DNA of 64,000 nucleotides from Paraspadella gotoi (GCA_051294375.1 CM119263.1:6048932-6112931); one strand, 5' to 3'. Shown: positions 24,471 to 39,690, counted from the first letter of the stretch. Translations and numbers: made by a program. The notes: generated by a model from the letters alone, not told the origin.

Positions 24471-27386
24471 ACTTTCGTCTCTCACGCGAATAGACCGTGG
24501 TTCCATTCCCCGCCAAGTATGAAGAACTTCATTTGTTTTTAAAATTATATTTCATCGATAAGAATTATTTTTTTCCATCTCTACTTTTACACAATTTTTC
24601 TATGGCATCGATTATAACGTGCATAGTATGCTTATTTATATTTATTATCATTAGTTGAATGAACGCGGTTAGGCGAGAAATTATTTTCTCACTCTTGTTA
24701 AAACAATAAACTGGCAAATTTACGTGCCCCCAAAAAAATAGGCTCTGACTAAAGCAAAACTCCCCAAAAAAGATAACTCTTGACATTTTGTCACATTCCT
24801 GCGAAGTTCACATTCTTTGAAGTTATTCTCCGAAAATCTAATTACGCCTTCGTCCGGATAACGTGGGGGAAAAAAACTTTTTTTTTCATTCATTAGGTTT
24901 TAAAAACTTTTCTCCTGCCTGAATTGGCTGCATTAAAACATAGCATCTTGCTTCTCATTTTGTCCAGATGATGCTTTTCGTATTATTTTCTTTGGTGTCA
25001 TTTTCCCGTAAGTAACCCTTATTTTTTTATCAATTTATAAAGTAATTAAATAAACAAAAACAAAGATGTTTTCTCCGTGAAGATTGTGTTGTTGTTCGTT
25101 CGTTTATTTCGGCAGTTCTCGTCCTTTTGTCGGCGTCTCGAGTTTCACTAAGGTTTTACTAACGTTTTCTTAATTAATGTGATAAAGTTTAATAATTAAA
25201 ATAAATTAAATAAAGTTAAGTAAAATTAAAACAGTTTGAATCACCGAGAATATTTGACGAAAAAATGAAAAAATGAAATTTTAAATCTTCAGCGGTTCTG
25301 GGTCGAATCATATGCGACTTTCAGCGACCGGTCCGGCCTGGCTCGAACCCGGCTCCGTTCCGACGCGGCAAATTTTCTCGTCGACAACCACATTGACACC
25401 TGCGAATACAGATGCACCGAGGAAGCGGCGCGGCTTCCCTGTAAGGCCATTGCCCTCGCCGAAGACGGAATGCTGGATGCTTCCCTACGATTACGATGAA
25501 TACTTTGCGGCCAATAGGATTAGATCCTCGATGGGATTACATTTTTTACACTCCCGAATGCTACGGTTGGTTGGTTTTTGTCATAAAACAATCTATATGA
25601 AAACATATCACTGTTGGTTTAAGACATTTCAAAAATAATTTGTCAAAGCAAGTTTTGAAAGCGAAAACTGGGTTTAATACTTATTTTAATTCTTGTTTTT
25701 TTTTTCCCCCATATGAGAAAAAAAGATTTTCGTCGGTCAGATTTAGCCTTAAGAAATTTTAGTTTCATTTATATGCAATTGATAAAGTGTAAAATAAAAT
25801 TGTACAGTGCTTGTTTCCTTGTTTTACTAAATATATAAACTAAGTAAATATCATATTCTTCGATTATCACGCAGACGACGAGACGCGACTTCCGGTAGAG
25901 GGAAAAAAATGCCGCCGCTCTCAAGATTGGCCTCGCGAGACTATCCCGCCAAGAACGTCCACGGGAGATGACGAGCGACGCTTCGGCCCGCGCGATTACA
26001 CGTTGTATCCCTGGGAGACGAGGAGTTCGAATCGACCGACCAATCGCCCGACGGTTCGAAAGACTAAAATCCCGACGAATCCATCTCGTCTCTTTAATTA
26101 AAGTTAAATTTAAAAATTTTACTACGCCTTAATATGCATAAGCAAGTTTGTTTTTTTGTTTTTTTGTTGGTTTTTTTTTTAATTATAAGTTTGTCAATAA
26201 ATAGATTTTATAGAAAGCTTAGGTCGTCCTTTTATATAGGCGTTTTATTTCGAATTCAACAAGGTTGATTCAGTACATACAGGAGCATCAAAACAAAGCT
26301 AAGTCTAAAGACAAAACAAAGTTAAAGATTGCCCGAAAAGATACAGTGGCTGATATGAACCAAGGTTCTCGGGTCGAGAAGAAAGAGAATAAAAGTCAGG
26401 GGCAAGATACCTTATTTATTAAATGGATGGATAATTTTTATATTGATTGTACCAATTCAATAATTGAAAGAAATAAATAGGAGGTGGATTAAAGATTAAA
26501 AAATAAGCTCGTGATAACAATATCATGTTTGCGGGAATGAAAAGTTCTACAATTGTAGATTAAGATTTACGAGAAGCGAAAATTATGATCGGGAAGAGGA
26601 TGACTCTAATCGTCGCGACGGATCTGTGGATCAATCTGTCCATCCCTCAAAACGGAAATACCAAGTGTTGTTGTTGTTGTTGTTTTTTGTTGTTGTTGTT
26701 TTTGTTGTTGTTGTATTTGTTGTTGTTTTTGTTGTTGTTGTGGTTTTTTGTTTTTGTGTGGTTTTTTGTTGTTGTTGTGGTTTTTGTTGTTGTGTTTTGT
26801 GGTTGTTGTTGTTTTTTGTTGTTGTTTTTTTTATTTTTGTTGTTTTTGTTGTTGTTGTTGTGACCATTGTCGTAGGCGTTGTCTCATTTGACGATAATTA
26901 GTTTCCGTTATCAAATTTGACGCCTAATTGACACTCGTCGCCACCTGAGATTTTAAACGTTTCCGCTGAATTTATGGCGGATTAATCGCGTTTATTATGT
27001 CGCATTGCTGAGTTGCGTGAGCGTAATTGGGGAAGAGAGTAAGAAGATTTTAACAATGCGTGATGAGGTCAACGAGATAAGAGGGGAATTCTGAGCCCGT
27101 CAATATCACGGATTCCTCTGTCGCTTTCATCGTCAATATATGTATATTCACTATGATGGTAGTAACTTAACAAAAAGTCTTAGTTTGACAAACTAGCTTC
27201 ATTTGGAAGAAGAAAATAATTATTGACATGAAGGTCGTGGAACGATGGATTATATAAGCTAGAGCCGATATATGAAATTTGTTCAATATTATATTGATAA
27301 AATTGACTTTTTCTTATGCGTTTTGTTTATTCCTTCTTTGGTAAATAGTGTCTTGTAGCGAATCCTAAATTTGCCTCCCGTATAGC

Positions 27387-27620
27387 TTGGTAAAATTCAG
27401 ATCGTCCCTTTGGCTTGGACAGCTAAATACTCGTTCACCAATCGTGTCATTCGGGTTCAATCCCCTCACGGACTCGCTGGTTAAAGTGTGATGGCGTCGG
27501 CATAAATACGCCAGTGACATGGCATGGTCACTGCAGGTCCAAATCCCTGACCGCCATCTTTCGGAATATGTATAACACCCCGGCCATCACACATGTCCCC
27601 CCGTTGCCATAGTCTAGTAC
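27387..27620 (+). mobile_element. tRNA-head/twister element, subfamily 3 (duplicate copy)
   Basis: As 24238-24470; twister at 27479-27552. Confidence 0.75.
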
Positions 27621-28210
27621 TTTCGTCTCTCACGCGAATAGACCGTGGTTCCATTCCCCGCCAAGTATGAAGAACTTCATTTGTTTTAAAATTATATTTC
27701 ATCGATAAGAATTATTTTTTTCCATCTCTACTTTTACACAATTTTCTATGGCATCGATTATAACGTGCATAGTATGCTTATTATATTTATTATCATTAGT
27801 TGAATGAACGCGGTTAGGCGAGAAATTATTTTCTCACTCTTGTTAAAACAATAAACTGGCAAATTTACGTGCCCCCAAAAAATAGGCTCTGACTACAAGC
27901 AAAACTCCCCAAAAAAGATAACTCTTGACATTTTGTCACATTCCTGCGAAGTTCACATTCTTTGAAGTTATTCTCCGAAAATCTAATTACGCCTTCGTCC
28001 GGATAACGTGGGGGAAAAAAACTTTTTTTTCATTCATAGGTTTTAAAACTTTTCTCCTGCCTGAATTGGCTTGCATTAAAAACATAGCATCTTGCTTCTC
28101 ATTTTGTCCAGATGATGCTTTTCGTATTATTTTCTTTGGTGTCATTTTCCCGTAAGTAACCCTTATTTTTTTATCAATTTATAAAGTAATTAAATAAACA
28201 AAAAACAAAG

Positions 28211-31200
28211 ATGTTTCTCCGTGAAGATTGTGTTGTTGTTCGTTCGTTTATTTCGGGCAGTTCTCGTCCTTTTGTCGGCGTCTCGAGTTTCACTAAGGTT
28301 TTACTAACGTTTTCTTAATTAATGTGATAAAGTTTAATAATTAAAAATAAATTAAATAAAGTTAAGTAAAATTAAACAGTTTGAATCACCGAGAATATTT
28401 GACGAAAAATGAAAAATGAAATTTTAAATCTTCAGCGGTTCTGGGTCGAATCATATGCGACTTTCAGCGACGCGGTCCGGCCTGGCTCGAACCCGGCTCC
28501 GTTCCCGACGCGGCAAATTTTCTCGTCGACAACCACATTGACACCTGCGAATACAGATGCACCGAGGAAGCGGCGCGGCTTCCCTGTAAGGCCATTGCCC
28601 TCGCCGAAGACGGATGCTGGATGCTTCCCTACGATTACGATGAATACTTTGCGGCCAATAGGATTAGATCCTCGAGGGATTACATTTTTTACACTCCCGA
28701 ATGCTACGGTTGGTTGGTTTTTGTCATAAAACAATCTATATGAAAACATATCACTGTTGGTTTAAGACATTTCAAAAATAATTTGTCAAAGCAAGTTTTG
28801 AAAGCGAAAACTGGGTTTAATACTTATTTTAATTCTTGTTTTTTTTTTCCCCCATATGAGAAAAAAAGATTTTCGTCGGTCAGATTTAGCCTTAAGAAAT
28901 TTTAGTTTCATTTATATGCAATTGATAAAGTGTAAAATAAAATTGTACAGTGCTTGTTTCCTTGTTTTACTAAATATATAAACTAAGTAAATATCATATT
29001 CTTCGATTATCACGCAGACGACGAGACGCGACTTCCGGTAGAGGGAAAAAAAATGCCGCCGCTCTCAAGATTGGCTCGCGAGACTATCCCGCCAAGAACG
29101 TCCACGGGAGATGACGAGCGACGCTTCGGCCCGCGCGATTACACGTTGTATCCCTGGGAGACGAGGAGTTCGAATCGACCGACCAATCGCCCGACGGTTC
29201 GAAAGACTAAAATCCCGACGAATCGCCCGACGAAACGCCCGACGAATCGCCCGACGAATCTCCCGACGAATCGCCCGACGAATCGTCCGACATCTCGAAG
29301 TCCGATCGATCGACTTCGGCCGAGCTCGAGACCGTCAACCGAGACTGAACCGACAAGGGGAAACCTTAGGCTCGGAACTACGATATTCTGGACTTGGGAC
29401 TCGAAGAGAGGCAGATGGATCGAGGGATCGACTCGTGAGAACAGAAACTCAGATGACGATCGAGAAAGAAAATGGACGGAGAGAAGAGTGGATTCTTCCT
29501 CGAAGCCTTTCGAGATCTCGAGAACGTCGAATCCAACTACATCCGGGAGTTTTCGGCCCACGACGAGAAGATGGAACGAAAGACTTCAAAGAGAGAGGAT
29601 AGAGAATGAAAGAAGATGGGAAAATAGACGATCGGAAATTAACAGGGAAACCATCGAACGAAGGCGGACGAGCACCTTTCATTCCAGACGTGATTGGGGT
29701 GATTTTCGGGATAGTTTTCCGACTGAGAGAAGTCCAAGCAAAGGTTCGATTGACGGTTCTTTGGATTCGGAGAGAAGCAGAGTCAGTGAGAGTACAATAC
29801 CGACAATCCGAACCTTTTCCGTAAATGCAGGATACAGAACTTCGCCAACTGTTTCCCATGGCGACAGATCAGAGAGAAGATTTAATTCTCAATCTAGTCG
29901 CTCGGACGTGACCCGAACAACGACGTTTAGACCGAACGAGAGAACGAGACCAAGGGAAACAAACAGATACCCGGAGAGTCTTCAAACTTGGAGAAATGTC
30001 TATCAACGAAGGAATTGGTGGAACAAAGACGGCAACAGATGGGACGGAAACACGAGCCCAACTGGTCGAGGAGTTGGAAGAACCCGATCAACTGTTGCAA
30101 GCACATCTAGCGATAGATCTAATGAGAGAACTATAACAACTAAAAATTCGTGGAAATTATGGCAAAGTAGATTTCCGGAGAGTCTTTCGCGAACGGATCG
30201 AACCCAAGTTATCACTTCTCGATCCGGATCACCAGATAGAAACAGATGGATAGAGAGCCCTTCTCCAAGCATAGTTCCGACCATTTTTAGGAGTAAACGT
30301 CCAATCAACAGATGGACTGACCACTTTGTTAGCGGGTTTCCAAAAATTGAACCACCATCGCGCGCTCCTTTGATTGACAGAGATTTGAACAATAAAAGAG
30401 AAGAAGCAAATAACTTTGATGAAAGATTAAAGATTTTGTACAGTGATCCTTACGGGCAAGTTTACACTAGGGAACCTTATTATCCGTGGTGGCCCACGCG
30501 ATCGAGAACAACCTCTTCAATATTCGAATCTTCAACACCTCCGCCAACGACGACAACGACAACAACAAGCTCAACGAGGACGCCAACAACGACAATATCA
30601 AGCTCTAACAATACGCCAACAACAACATCAAGTTCAAAAACGACGCCAACAACAACAACATCAAGCTCAACAACGACGCCAATAACCACAACATCAAGCT
30701 CAACAACGACGCCAACAACCAGACCATCACGGCAGGTTATCAGTTCATCAGCGACTACCACAACATCTCTCCCGAGGTCTACTTCCAGGATATTCAGATC
30801 TACGACCGATCCGTATAATTGGTGGAAAAAACCTCCCACTAAAAATCCTTGGTTGTGGTATCTAACTAGAACAAAAATAAATCCAACGAGGCCACCCGCA
30901 ACCGAGAGTATTTTAACTAGAAATGTTTACAGAACAAATTACGTTACGGGCGAGAAAAGACTTGATGAATCGGATGTTACTGAAACAGATATTAAATCTG
31001 TAATACCAACATCGCCAGTTTTCGGTTCTTCAGTGATATCAACTTCTAAATTCCCCGAGTCAAGCACAAAGATAACGACCTTAAATTCCCAATTGTCTCA
31101 GTTGACGAGCCCTCGCATTCCAATTCGCAGAAATGAGGCTGATGGCATTTTTGTCACTAGGAATCCCTATTTCATTTCGATCAAAAATAATGTCCGACAA

Positions 31201-33003
31201 TCTTCGCATAAAACGTTTGGTAGTAATCGAAATAACACAATTAAAAGTTCTAAATTGATGAGTTATAATCAACAAAATGTTGGCGGTAGAAACGTTCATC
31301 TCACGCATCATCAGTCTCACCATACAATTCTTAAAGTGACTCGATTAGAAAACCGTTTGAGGGAATATGAGTCTCAAATTAGGCGGTTACAACAACAAGA
31401 AGCAGAGAGAGAAAAATTGTTGTTAATTCAAAGAGAAAATGAGAAGAAAACGGAAGAAAGAGTATTAAAGATAGAGCAAGAGAGAAAAGAATTAGAAAAT
31501 CGACGCATTTTGGCGGAAAAGGAAAGGCTGAACAAGGAAAAGTTAAATCTGAACGCTTGGAAACAAAAGATTCTCGTGGAGCAGAGGAAATTGCAAGAGG
31601 AGAGAAGACAAATCGACGACGCTGACCGAAGGAGAAGACAACACGAGGGAAGGCTCCAAGAGAAGGAACGATTGCTCCAAGAGAAGCAGGAGAGGCTGGA
31701 ATCTGAAAAGAAGATCGTGAAAACGGAAAAGGCGGAACAGGAACGCGATCAGGAAAGGATCGAGTCGGAGGAGCGTCAAGCGAGAGAACAAAAGGAGGAA
31801 TTACAGAGAGAGAGGAAGCAAATCGAAGGGGAGAAGCGGAGATTGGCGAAATTGAAAAAGAAAAACGTGGAAGCTTTGGAAAAGAAGAAAATGGAATTGT
31901 CGACGACGCCGTCTCCCTCGACGACGAAGGCCGACCACAAAACCGATCAGGACGAAGAGATGGAGAAACTGTTGGAGAAATTGAGTGGAGAAAACGAGGA
32001 GTTGGAAAAGAAGAAAATGGAACAATTGGATCAATTAGCTCGATTGGAAGAGGAAAACGTTCGAGCCCAGAGATTGGTCAAAGATTTAAAGAGGGAAAAG
32101 GGCAGCTTGAGAAAGAAATTAAAACAATTACAAGAAGCGGAAAAAGATGAAGAGGAAAAAAATGTTTACGTCCCGGAGGCGGCAGTAAATTCTGCGCTGA
32201 TTGAAACGACGAAAAAGATTAAAACGACGACGACGACGTCGACAAGTACGGCGTCAACCACAACAACGGCTTCAACGACATCGGAAATAGAAAAGGGCGA
32301 ACCGATGATTGTAGGTGAGTTCTGACTTTTCTTTCTTTGTCGCATGATTACATTTTACGTTTCTTGTGATTCGTCTTATTTCTCCTTTACTATCACTCAG
32401 AGAGATCTGAACCAGATCCCTTGCGTGCCCTTTACGTCGCCATCGCCATCTTTGCCTTCATCATTCTGATGCTTATCTTGCTCGCCTGTTGCCTGTCGAG
32501 ATGGAGGTGAGTGACATCGATCGTTTTCCAACTCGACTTTTATCCCAAAAAGTTCAAAACGTGAGGTCGAATGGGAAATTCCTTTTTGGTCGAAAACTAA
32601 TTAGGTTTTAAAAGGAACGACGAGCTGGTAGTTTAAAAGTTTAAAATGTGAAATATGTAGTAGATATTTCAACACAGACTCACGCTTGTCATAACACATA
32701 ATTGAACTTTTTCGTTTGTTAATTTTGTTACGCAGAAAACGTAGAGACCAAATGCTTCTTTTGGCCGGAGACTCGGAAGCCTTCGGCGGTGTTTCTAAGC
32801 AGGCTTCTATCGCTTCTGGTAAATATCGGAACGTCGAGATACTCTGGATGTTAGCTAATGGAAAAGGGGATAGTAAAGAGACATAGGATAAGTAATAGCG
32901 ACATTTTTAATAAGCGAGAAACGAAACTAATTATTACAAAAATTGCTGGTTTTTTATAGAGAGAAATGAACGGTAACCTGAGGGCAAAAAGAGCGTTGGT
33001 AGA

Positions 33004-33093
<90 letters not shown>

Positions 33094-36000
33094 TCGTCCA
33101 CAATAGTTAAATATGGATATGCTACTGCCGGAAGCAATAATTAACGATTTTTAGATTATGTTTTTTTTAGGGAGGAGGGACGCCGGTAAGGGAGATAAAA
33201 AATTCTTATTACCTAACAACAACGACTGAATCGTTAAATTACTTAATTTACTTAATTACCAAACCCCCCCCCCATTTCTGTTACTGAACTTAATTTTAAC
33301 CCTAAACTCAGAACCTCGATCCCTCACCTTAAACTTTTCCCCCCCCAAAATAGCGGACATGAAGGGAAGAGCACCGGTGTTGGTGAGCTACGACGCGGCC
33401 ATGCCGGAGTCTCTGCCGAGAAAGACCCCAATGCCTCTTCCGCCGCCGCCGCCGCCGATGCCTCGAACCGCGCAGCAGTCGCCGCTTCTGGTCAACGCCG
33501 GAAATCCTGACTATGCCTCCGTCGGAAAATTGAAAAAGGTCGGTTCTATCTTACTATTTATTTCTTCTCTTTCTTTCGGTTCCTGTCTCGCTCGAGTTAT
33601 TTCCTTTATTAGATTCTTTTCGGTCTGACCGTCTGTGTACGTATATATTATTTTAAAAAATAATATTAATAGTTTAAAAATTTTCTTTCTTCTTTTTTTC
33701 TTTCTTTCTTTCTTTATTTCTTTTTTTCTTTCTTTCTTTCTATCTTTCTTATTCTCCCCACTTGCTCATATTTCCTCTACATATTTCCTCTACGTTTCCT
33801 CTAACTCATTGTCATTCCCATATTTTAAATACATCTTTTTAGTTCATCTGTATTAACTTTTCTCACTAATTCCAGGACGAGGTGTCAGACGACTTTGACC
33901 TCGACGTGAGTCTCGCCTGCGAAGCTCAGAATTTCTCTAAAAACACGAGAAAGACGAAAAAGTCGAGCGCCGTTTCTGTGTCGAAGACGGAAACGTCCGT
34001 GAAGAAGGAGACGAACAGCACGAACGTGAACGGTGATTATTTATTAATTAATCATCGTTAATTATTTAAATGGGGTCGATAAGATCGACAAATATTTTCG
34101 ATTCCCTTTTGGTTTTAGTTTCTCAAGTCTCCCATTCGGAGATTAAAAAGACCAGCAACGTTGCGCGAAACTTTTCTTCGACCGTTGTCGATAACCGGAC
34201 GGACGTCAAGAATGTTAATTCGACTTCGGTTAAAAACAACGTGGTTAAGAAACACTCTTCCTCTGCCATTGAGTCTAAAATCAGCGACGTTAAAAATATC
34301 AGTAGCTCAACGTCGATTCGAAACGACAGTCAAGTTGTTAATAATTCCGTTTATTCCTCGATCAGCAAGATTAGCAATGTCGACAATTCTTCTTCAATTT
34401 CCGTTGTTAACAACAGCCTCGATGTCAAAAGTCAATCTTTGAAAAGTAAGTTTAAAGATTTCAAATTGAAAATACAGCAAGAGAACAATGAAATTTAGTA
34501 GTATTACTCTTAGAAAATATATAGTTTTTTCAAAAAAATCAAGTTCGTATGTCAAGTATAATTATATCCGTTTGACTGTTATGGACCAAATGGGCTCACA
34601 TTAAAATTTAAATATCTCTTTCACAGCTGAATCCGTGAGTAACTCCTCCGTAAGGAATTCTACAATGAAAAGCGTCAATAAGACCGTCGATATACAACAG
34701 AGCGATTCAAGTGCTAGTCACGTGACCTCTGAAAGTACGATAGGTCGTATTTCGGTCAAGGATATCATCGAAGCTTCCAAGGTACGCTCATGGGCTAAAT
34801 TTTTTAAATAATCGGTACGTTATCATGCACTGCTTTTGATAATAGGAATAATATTTGAATATGAATATGAAAACTAAATTATTATCCAAAGTATTAAAAT
34901 AGTTTTCAATAAGTAAATAAGCCTACTATGAAAACCGTATCAAAAGATATGAGAAAGATATAAACTGCTACAATATGTAAATGAGATTAAAGATGAACCA
35001 CAAGTTACTGCGTTCCACTACATCAAATACAATTTCAATCTCTTCCGACAGACTGAATTGGATTCAACAGTATTAATCGCGGAAGAAATAACCGAGGCGT
35101 CGCTCAACGAAGAAGTCATCCAGTCTGAATCTCGAGCGGCGACCTCGAATTCTGTTCTCTTTAACGTCACTACAAATGTAAACAACAACTCGTATGATAA
35201 CTCCACAACGGTTTCTTCCTGTCTCTATGACAACGCGGCGGAAGTCTTGTCTGAGCAAGAAAATGTTGCCATGGTAACCTCTGGTTCACTCTATGACAAT
35301 GCCGTATTGTCCAATGGGTTTAGCGGTGAAATGACGTCTTGTCCGTCGATTAAAATTTCTCCTTGCCCCGACGACAATGCCATGTCCGTGTCATCCAACG
35401 TCCACGACAACGTGGAGGAGAAAGCGAAAAGCCGCGACCGTCACGAGGCTTCGCTTCTGACCGAGGTGGCGTCCGCCGACGCTTACGATCAACGTCGATC
35501 GAAGGCGAAATCTTTTGACGAACTGAGAGATTACGACAACGTTCGTTCGGATGTGGCGATCGATTTCGTCTCCGCCAACCAGATACTCGACCGCGCCCAT
35601 TTCGGCGTAACCGAAGACGCGATGGATGGCGCCACCGACGGGGACGTCTTCTACGACTCCCTAGACTCCAGCGACGATGTTGACGATGAATACAACGAGT
35701 TTGAAGACTCCACGCCGAGATTTCCGACAAATCTGAACTCTTTTGACCTTCCCTGTTTGGATTCTTCATCGTCTCCATCTTTCAGAACCCAATCATTGGG
35801 CTTCTCTGCGATTAGGACCCAATCTTACGGTCCTCCCGCTTTCGAGACCCAGTCTTTGAGGACCTCGGCGTCCATTTTGAATCCTGATGATGGAAGGGAA
35901 ATCGAGATCTTCGATCTTGACGCGCGAATCGACGGGAAGCACTTGGGAGAGTACGATTATCTGGACGAGGACGATTACCGCGTTGACGAACGTCAATCGT

Positions 36001-36712
36001 TTTCGCCGCAGCGAAGGAACTTACCCGCGGGATCGAATGGAAACGTGGCTAACGGAGTCGCTTCTCGGTATGAGGATTTTAACCAGAATCGGCATTCGGA
36101 CACAAGGACCCAAAAGGCTTCTTCCAAGAAGCAGAAAGTAACTCGAAATTCGCGCGGAACTGAGTTTTTACGTTCCGAGTCTCGTCAGCGTCGAGACGCG
36201 CACTCCAAACGGTCTCGCCACGGGTTTGACGGCAACGTCGAAGAAGAGAGGTTATACATACAATAAATTATACAAATTAATATTTTTTTGTCTTTCTTAA
36301 TTTTTTGAGGTAACTATTTTGCTTTATCTTTATTTTCCATATTCCTTTCAGCGATAACATCGCATGGCGCCAAGTGGGCACCACTCCCGACGCTGAACGC
36401 CGGTGCCTTCCACCCTCTGCGCAAGTCGCCTTGTCACGCTCTTTCGGCGACGTGACAGATTCTCACCGTGGCGTCAAAATTGTGGGCGGTCATCGTGGTG
36501 ACGCCGGAACCGATCGTGGATTCCGCAAGGCCCCCTATAGCGCGACATTTCTTAATTCCGCCTCTGGTGACGATCTCGACTCCGAGAGAAAGTGGGTGGG
36601 GCAAACTTCCGCTCGACGATCGGGAGGCGCCGTCCGAGGCGAAACGATAGACGGAAGAAGTCTAGATTCTGGGGTCGGTTCAAACATCTTGACGAACGAT
36701 AGTTTAAATTGA
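28211..36712 (+). CDS. large (~2,050-aa) single-pass membrane protein: R/S/T/P-rich region, coiled coil, TM helix, Tyr-motif-rich tail
   Basis: Phase-consistent GT-AG exons: 28211-28297 (uncertain), 28436-28712, 29018-32314, 32401-32506 (ALYVAIAIFAFIILMLILLACC then RWRKRR), 32736-32818, 33354-33538, 33876-34032, 34119-34445, 34627-34781, 35052-36250, 36352-36712. Confidence 0.8.
33010..33090. repeat. (GA)n microsatellite
   Basis: Pure GA run; similar runs near 45697-45805, 52337-52395, 59505-59575 and 60256-60322. Confidence 0.95.
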
Positions 36713-38929
36713 TCTGTATCTAGAAGCCGAGTATATACTTCTATATTTCTAACGTGCAGTCGTGAAATATGTATTTGCAATTAATTATGCGTTACCAAAT
36801 TTATTATATCATTATTATTGATGTATCTTGACTATTTTTTGTGCTGGAAATTTTACAATGTTTAATGCTTGGTAGAAGAATATGGCTTTAGATTTTTTTT
36901 TTTCCTGTGATATTTGCTGTGAATCTTATGCTACCTTTTTAATCTTGTCTCTTGGTGGATTTTCGTATATTAATGAAGCGGCTTTGTCAAAATATATACG
37001 TTTTTTAAAAATTATTTTCAGGTTAGTCGGATCGTGGGCTAATTTTGTTAATTTGAAGTAGGGATTTATTTAAAAAGAGTGAAACCTCCCTTCAACAATT
37101 TGCTCTCACTCTCACACAATTCGGTGACTGAACGTCACTGACGGCGACACCGAGTGGTCATTCAAAAACGACGACAACATTGGTCAACGAGTTTGGAGGT
37201 AACCCGAATGATCTTTAACGACCTCTCCGGAAGCGAAATAGGTAGAGAAGGGATAGAGTGAGAGAGTAGCTGGGTTGTGCGGTACAAAAGGCAGGTCGTC
37301 TTAGGTGAAAGGAGTGGGCGTGGCTATTCGGTTTCGCAGAGGAAGCGAGATTCTTTAAATAGAAACCGAACGCCTCGCAAAGTTACAAACGAAGAGAGAT
37401 TGAGATCCGATTTTAGAGTGTTGATTATCGGAGAGTTGAGAGGAGTGGTTCACAGAACGCACAATGTCTAACTGATTTGCGACGTTATTTTGTTTAATTA
37501 ACTTTCGCTAAAAAACTTGATACAAATCGACAGTCACCAATGCTAGAAAAGCATGACTAATTATACATTTTAAAGCTTGCGTCACCCTATCGCACCTCAT
37601 TCTCGGACCTTTTTTCGGTGCGACTAATCCAAGGGTCAATTACGCGCTAAAAGCAGACGGAGTTAGAATTGCAAATGGTCCCGCCTTTTAGTTTAAACAA
37701 AAACCAATCGAATCAAAGAAATTATTTGGAAGCGGTTTTTTTCCGGAAGAAAATTGAACGTCATTGAAAAAAAGAAATTTGTTTTTTTTCGACTCGAGAT
37801 AAAAAAATATGTAATACTATGTTTTCCATATAAACTTTGCTGTAGTAGTAATGATAATAAAATTAATTAAAGTCAGATTTATGAAGACACAAGAGATATT
37901 TTGTAAAATTGTGTTTAATTCCGCTCAGGAATCTAGTTTTATAACGAGTTTTTTTTACCGTAGAAATTGAAGCAAAAATTTGTATTCGACTCGGGAATTT
38001 CTATCTAGATTATCTCTGTCTCCTTTTCTCCCATCCGTTCCGCTCTCTCCATCTCCATCTCTCTCCATCTCCATCTCCATCTTCCGCTCTCTCCATCTCA
38101 CGCTTTTTTCCCTCACATCAGTTATCTCCTTTCGTTTCTCCGAGTGTCGACGTCATTCTGTCTTTTTTTTCTCTTCTTCTTGAGGAGTACTAAGTCGATC
38201 AAGGCACAACCCCCTTTTAATTCGTGATGTGTCGACATCAAATGGTTTTGTCGTGAGCTATACAGTAATGCGGATACAGTATTCAGTGAGCATACAGTAT
38301 TCAGTCAAAAAGACTCTTTATGCTAGTGAGATTGAGACACTTAATACAATTAATACTAATATTAATACTAATATTAATGCTAATAATAGTTTATAACAAT
38401 TTCAATCTTTAGCGGCGAGGATTTACACTTGGAATTGTTCTCTTGTTCATTGTAGTGAATCACTACTAGTGATTTTCCCTTTATGCTTCACCGAGTCGAG
38501 GCCTTCGTCGTCTTTCATCTTTGTCGTTGTTCTTCGTCATGGTCCTTATCATTCTTCGCTTTTAGTCTCGTCATTCTTCCGACTTACTTTGCCTTTGTCC
38601 TTAATATACTCGTCTTTCTTGGACATCGTCTTTGTCATTCTTTAGTCTTGGCCATTCTCTTCATTCTTCGTCATCTTTATCAGTCTTTGCTTCTTCCTTC
38701 TAATTTTTTTTCTTCGTCATTCTTTGACTTCACCCGGGTAATTCTTGCCTTTATACTCGTCATTCTTCGCCATTCGTCATTCGTTGCATTTTACCTCATG
38801 CTCCACCTTTGTCCTCACTTTTATTCTCGGCATTATTTCCTTTGTCATTATCATTCTTTCTCGTCATACTTTGCATTTATCCTCCTAACTCTCTGCCTTT
38901 CCGCCTGACATTTTTTATCGTCAAGATTC

Positions 38930-39420
38930 TTCGTGGTCGTCATTCTTCGCCTTCGTCATTAGTTTTTCTTCGTCCTAGTCATTCTTCGCCTTCGTCCTCG
39001 TCATTCTTCGCCTTCGTCATTCTTCGCCTTCGTCATTCTTTCCTTCGTCATTCTTCGCCTTCTTCATTCTTAGCATTCGTCCTAGTCATTCTTCGCCTTC
39101 GTCCTCGTCATTCTTCGCCTTCGTCATTCTTTGCCTTCGTCATTCTTTTCCTTCGTCATTCTTCCGCTTCTTCATTCTTAGCATTCGTCCTAGTCATTCT
39201 TCGCCTTTGTCCTCGTCATTCTTCGCCTTCGTCATTCTTTGCCTTCGTCATTCTTTTCCTTCGTCATTCTTCGCCTTCTTCATTCTTAGCATTCGTCCTA
39301 GTCATTCTTCGCCTTCGTCCTCGTCATTCTTCGCCTTCGTCATTCTTCGCCTTCGTCATTCTTTTCCTTCGTCATTCTTCGCCTTCGTCATTCTTCGCCT
39401 TCGTCCTCGTCATTCTTCGT
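38930..39420. repeat. minisatellite of TCGTCATTCTTCGCCT-type units with higher-order period
   Basis: Repeated CGTCATTCTTCGCCTT variants; degenerate copies extend upstream to ~38500. Confidence 0.9.
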
Positions 39421-39690
39421 GTCTTCTGAGACTCAAGTGACGTCGTTCCGCTCGTCGCGTTCGAGACGCGCGGCGCCTAAAAGGCCCGCGACGCGTCGCT
39501 TCGCTGTTTCTTCGGCCGAACATCGCGACTTTTAGATCGACTTACTTTATTCGAAACTTTCTAAAAATTAATTGAATTTATACTAACTTTAATATCAATT
39601 AATTTTAAATCAAACCGTTATAAATAACTTTTATTAAAATCGCTAGTTAATTCATAATAATCGTCAATAATTTCGCGCCAATTTTCCGAA

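Larger units (their letters stand above)
22971..29224 (+). repeat. ~3.1-kb tandem duplication (22971-26080 and 26094-29224)
   Basis: Copies differ mainly by 1-bp indels. The unit includes a (GTT)n tract, a twister element and the 5' exons of the large membrane-protein gene. Confidence 0.9.

Noticed and set aside
22971-26080. Real partial gene duplication
   Set aside because: Differences from the second copy are mostly homopolymer indels, typical of uncollapsed noisy reads; unproven.
38483-39440. Repetitive RHSSPSSFFAF ORFs
   Set aside because: Products of a stop-free minisatellite; no splice or coding support.
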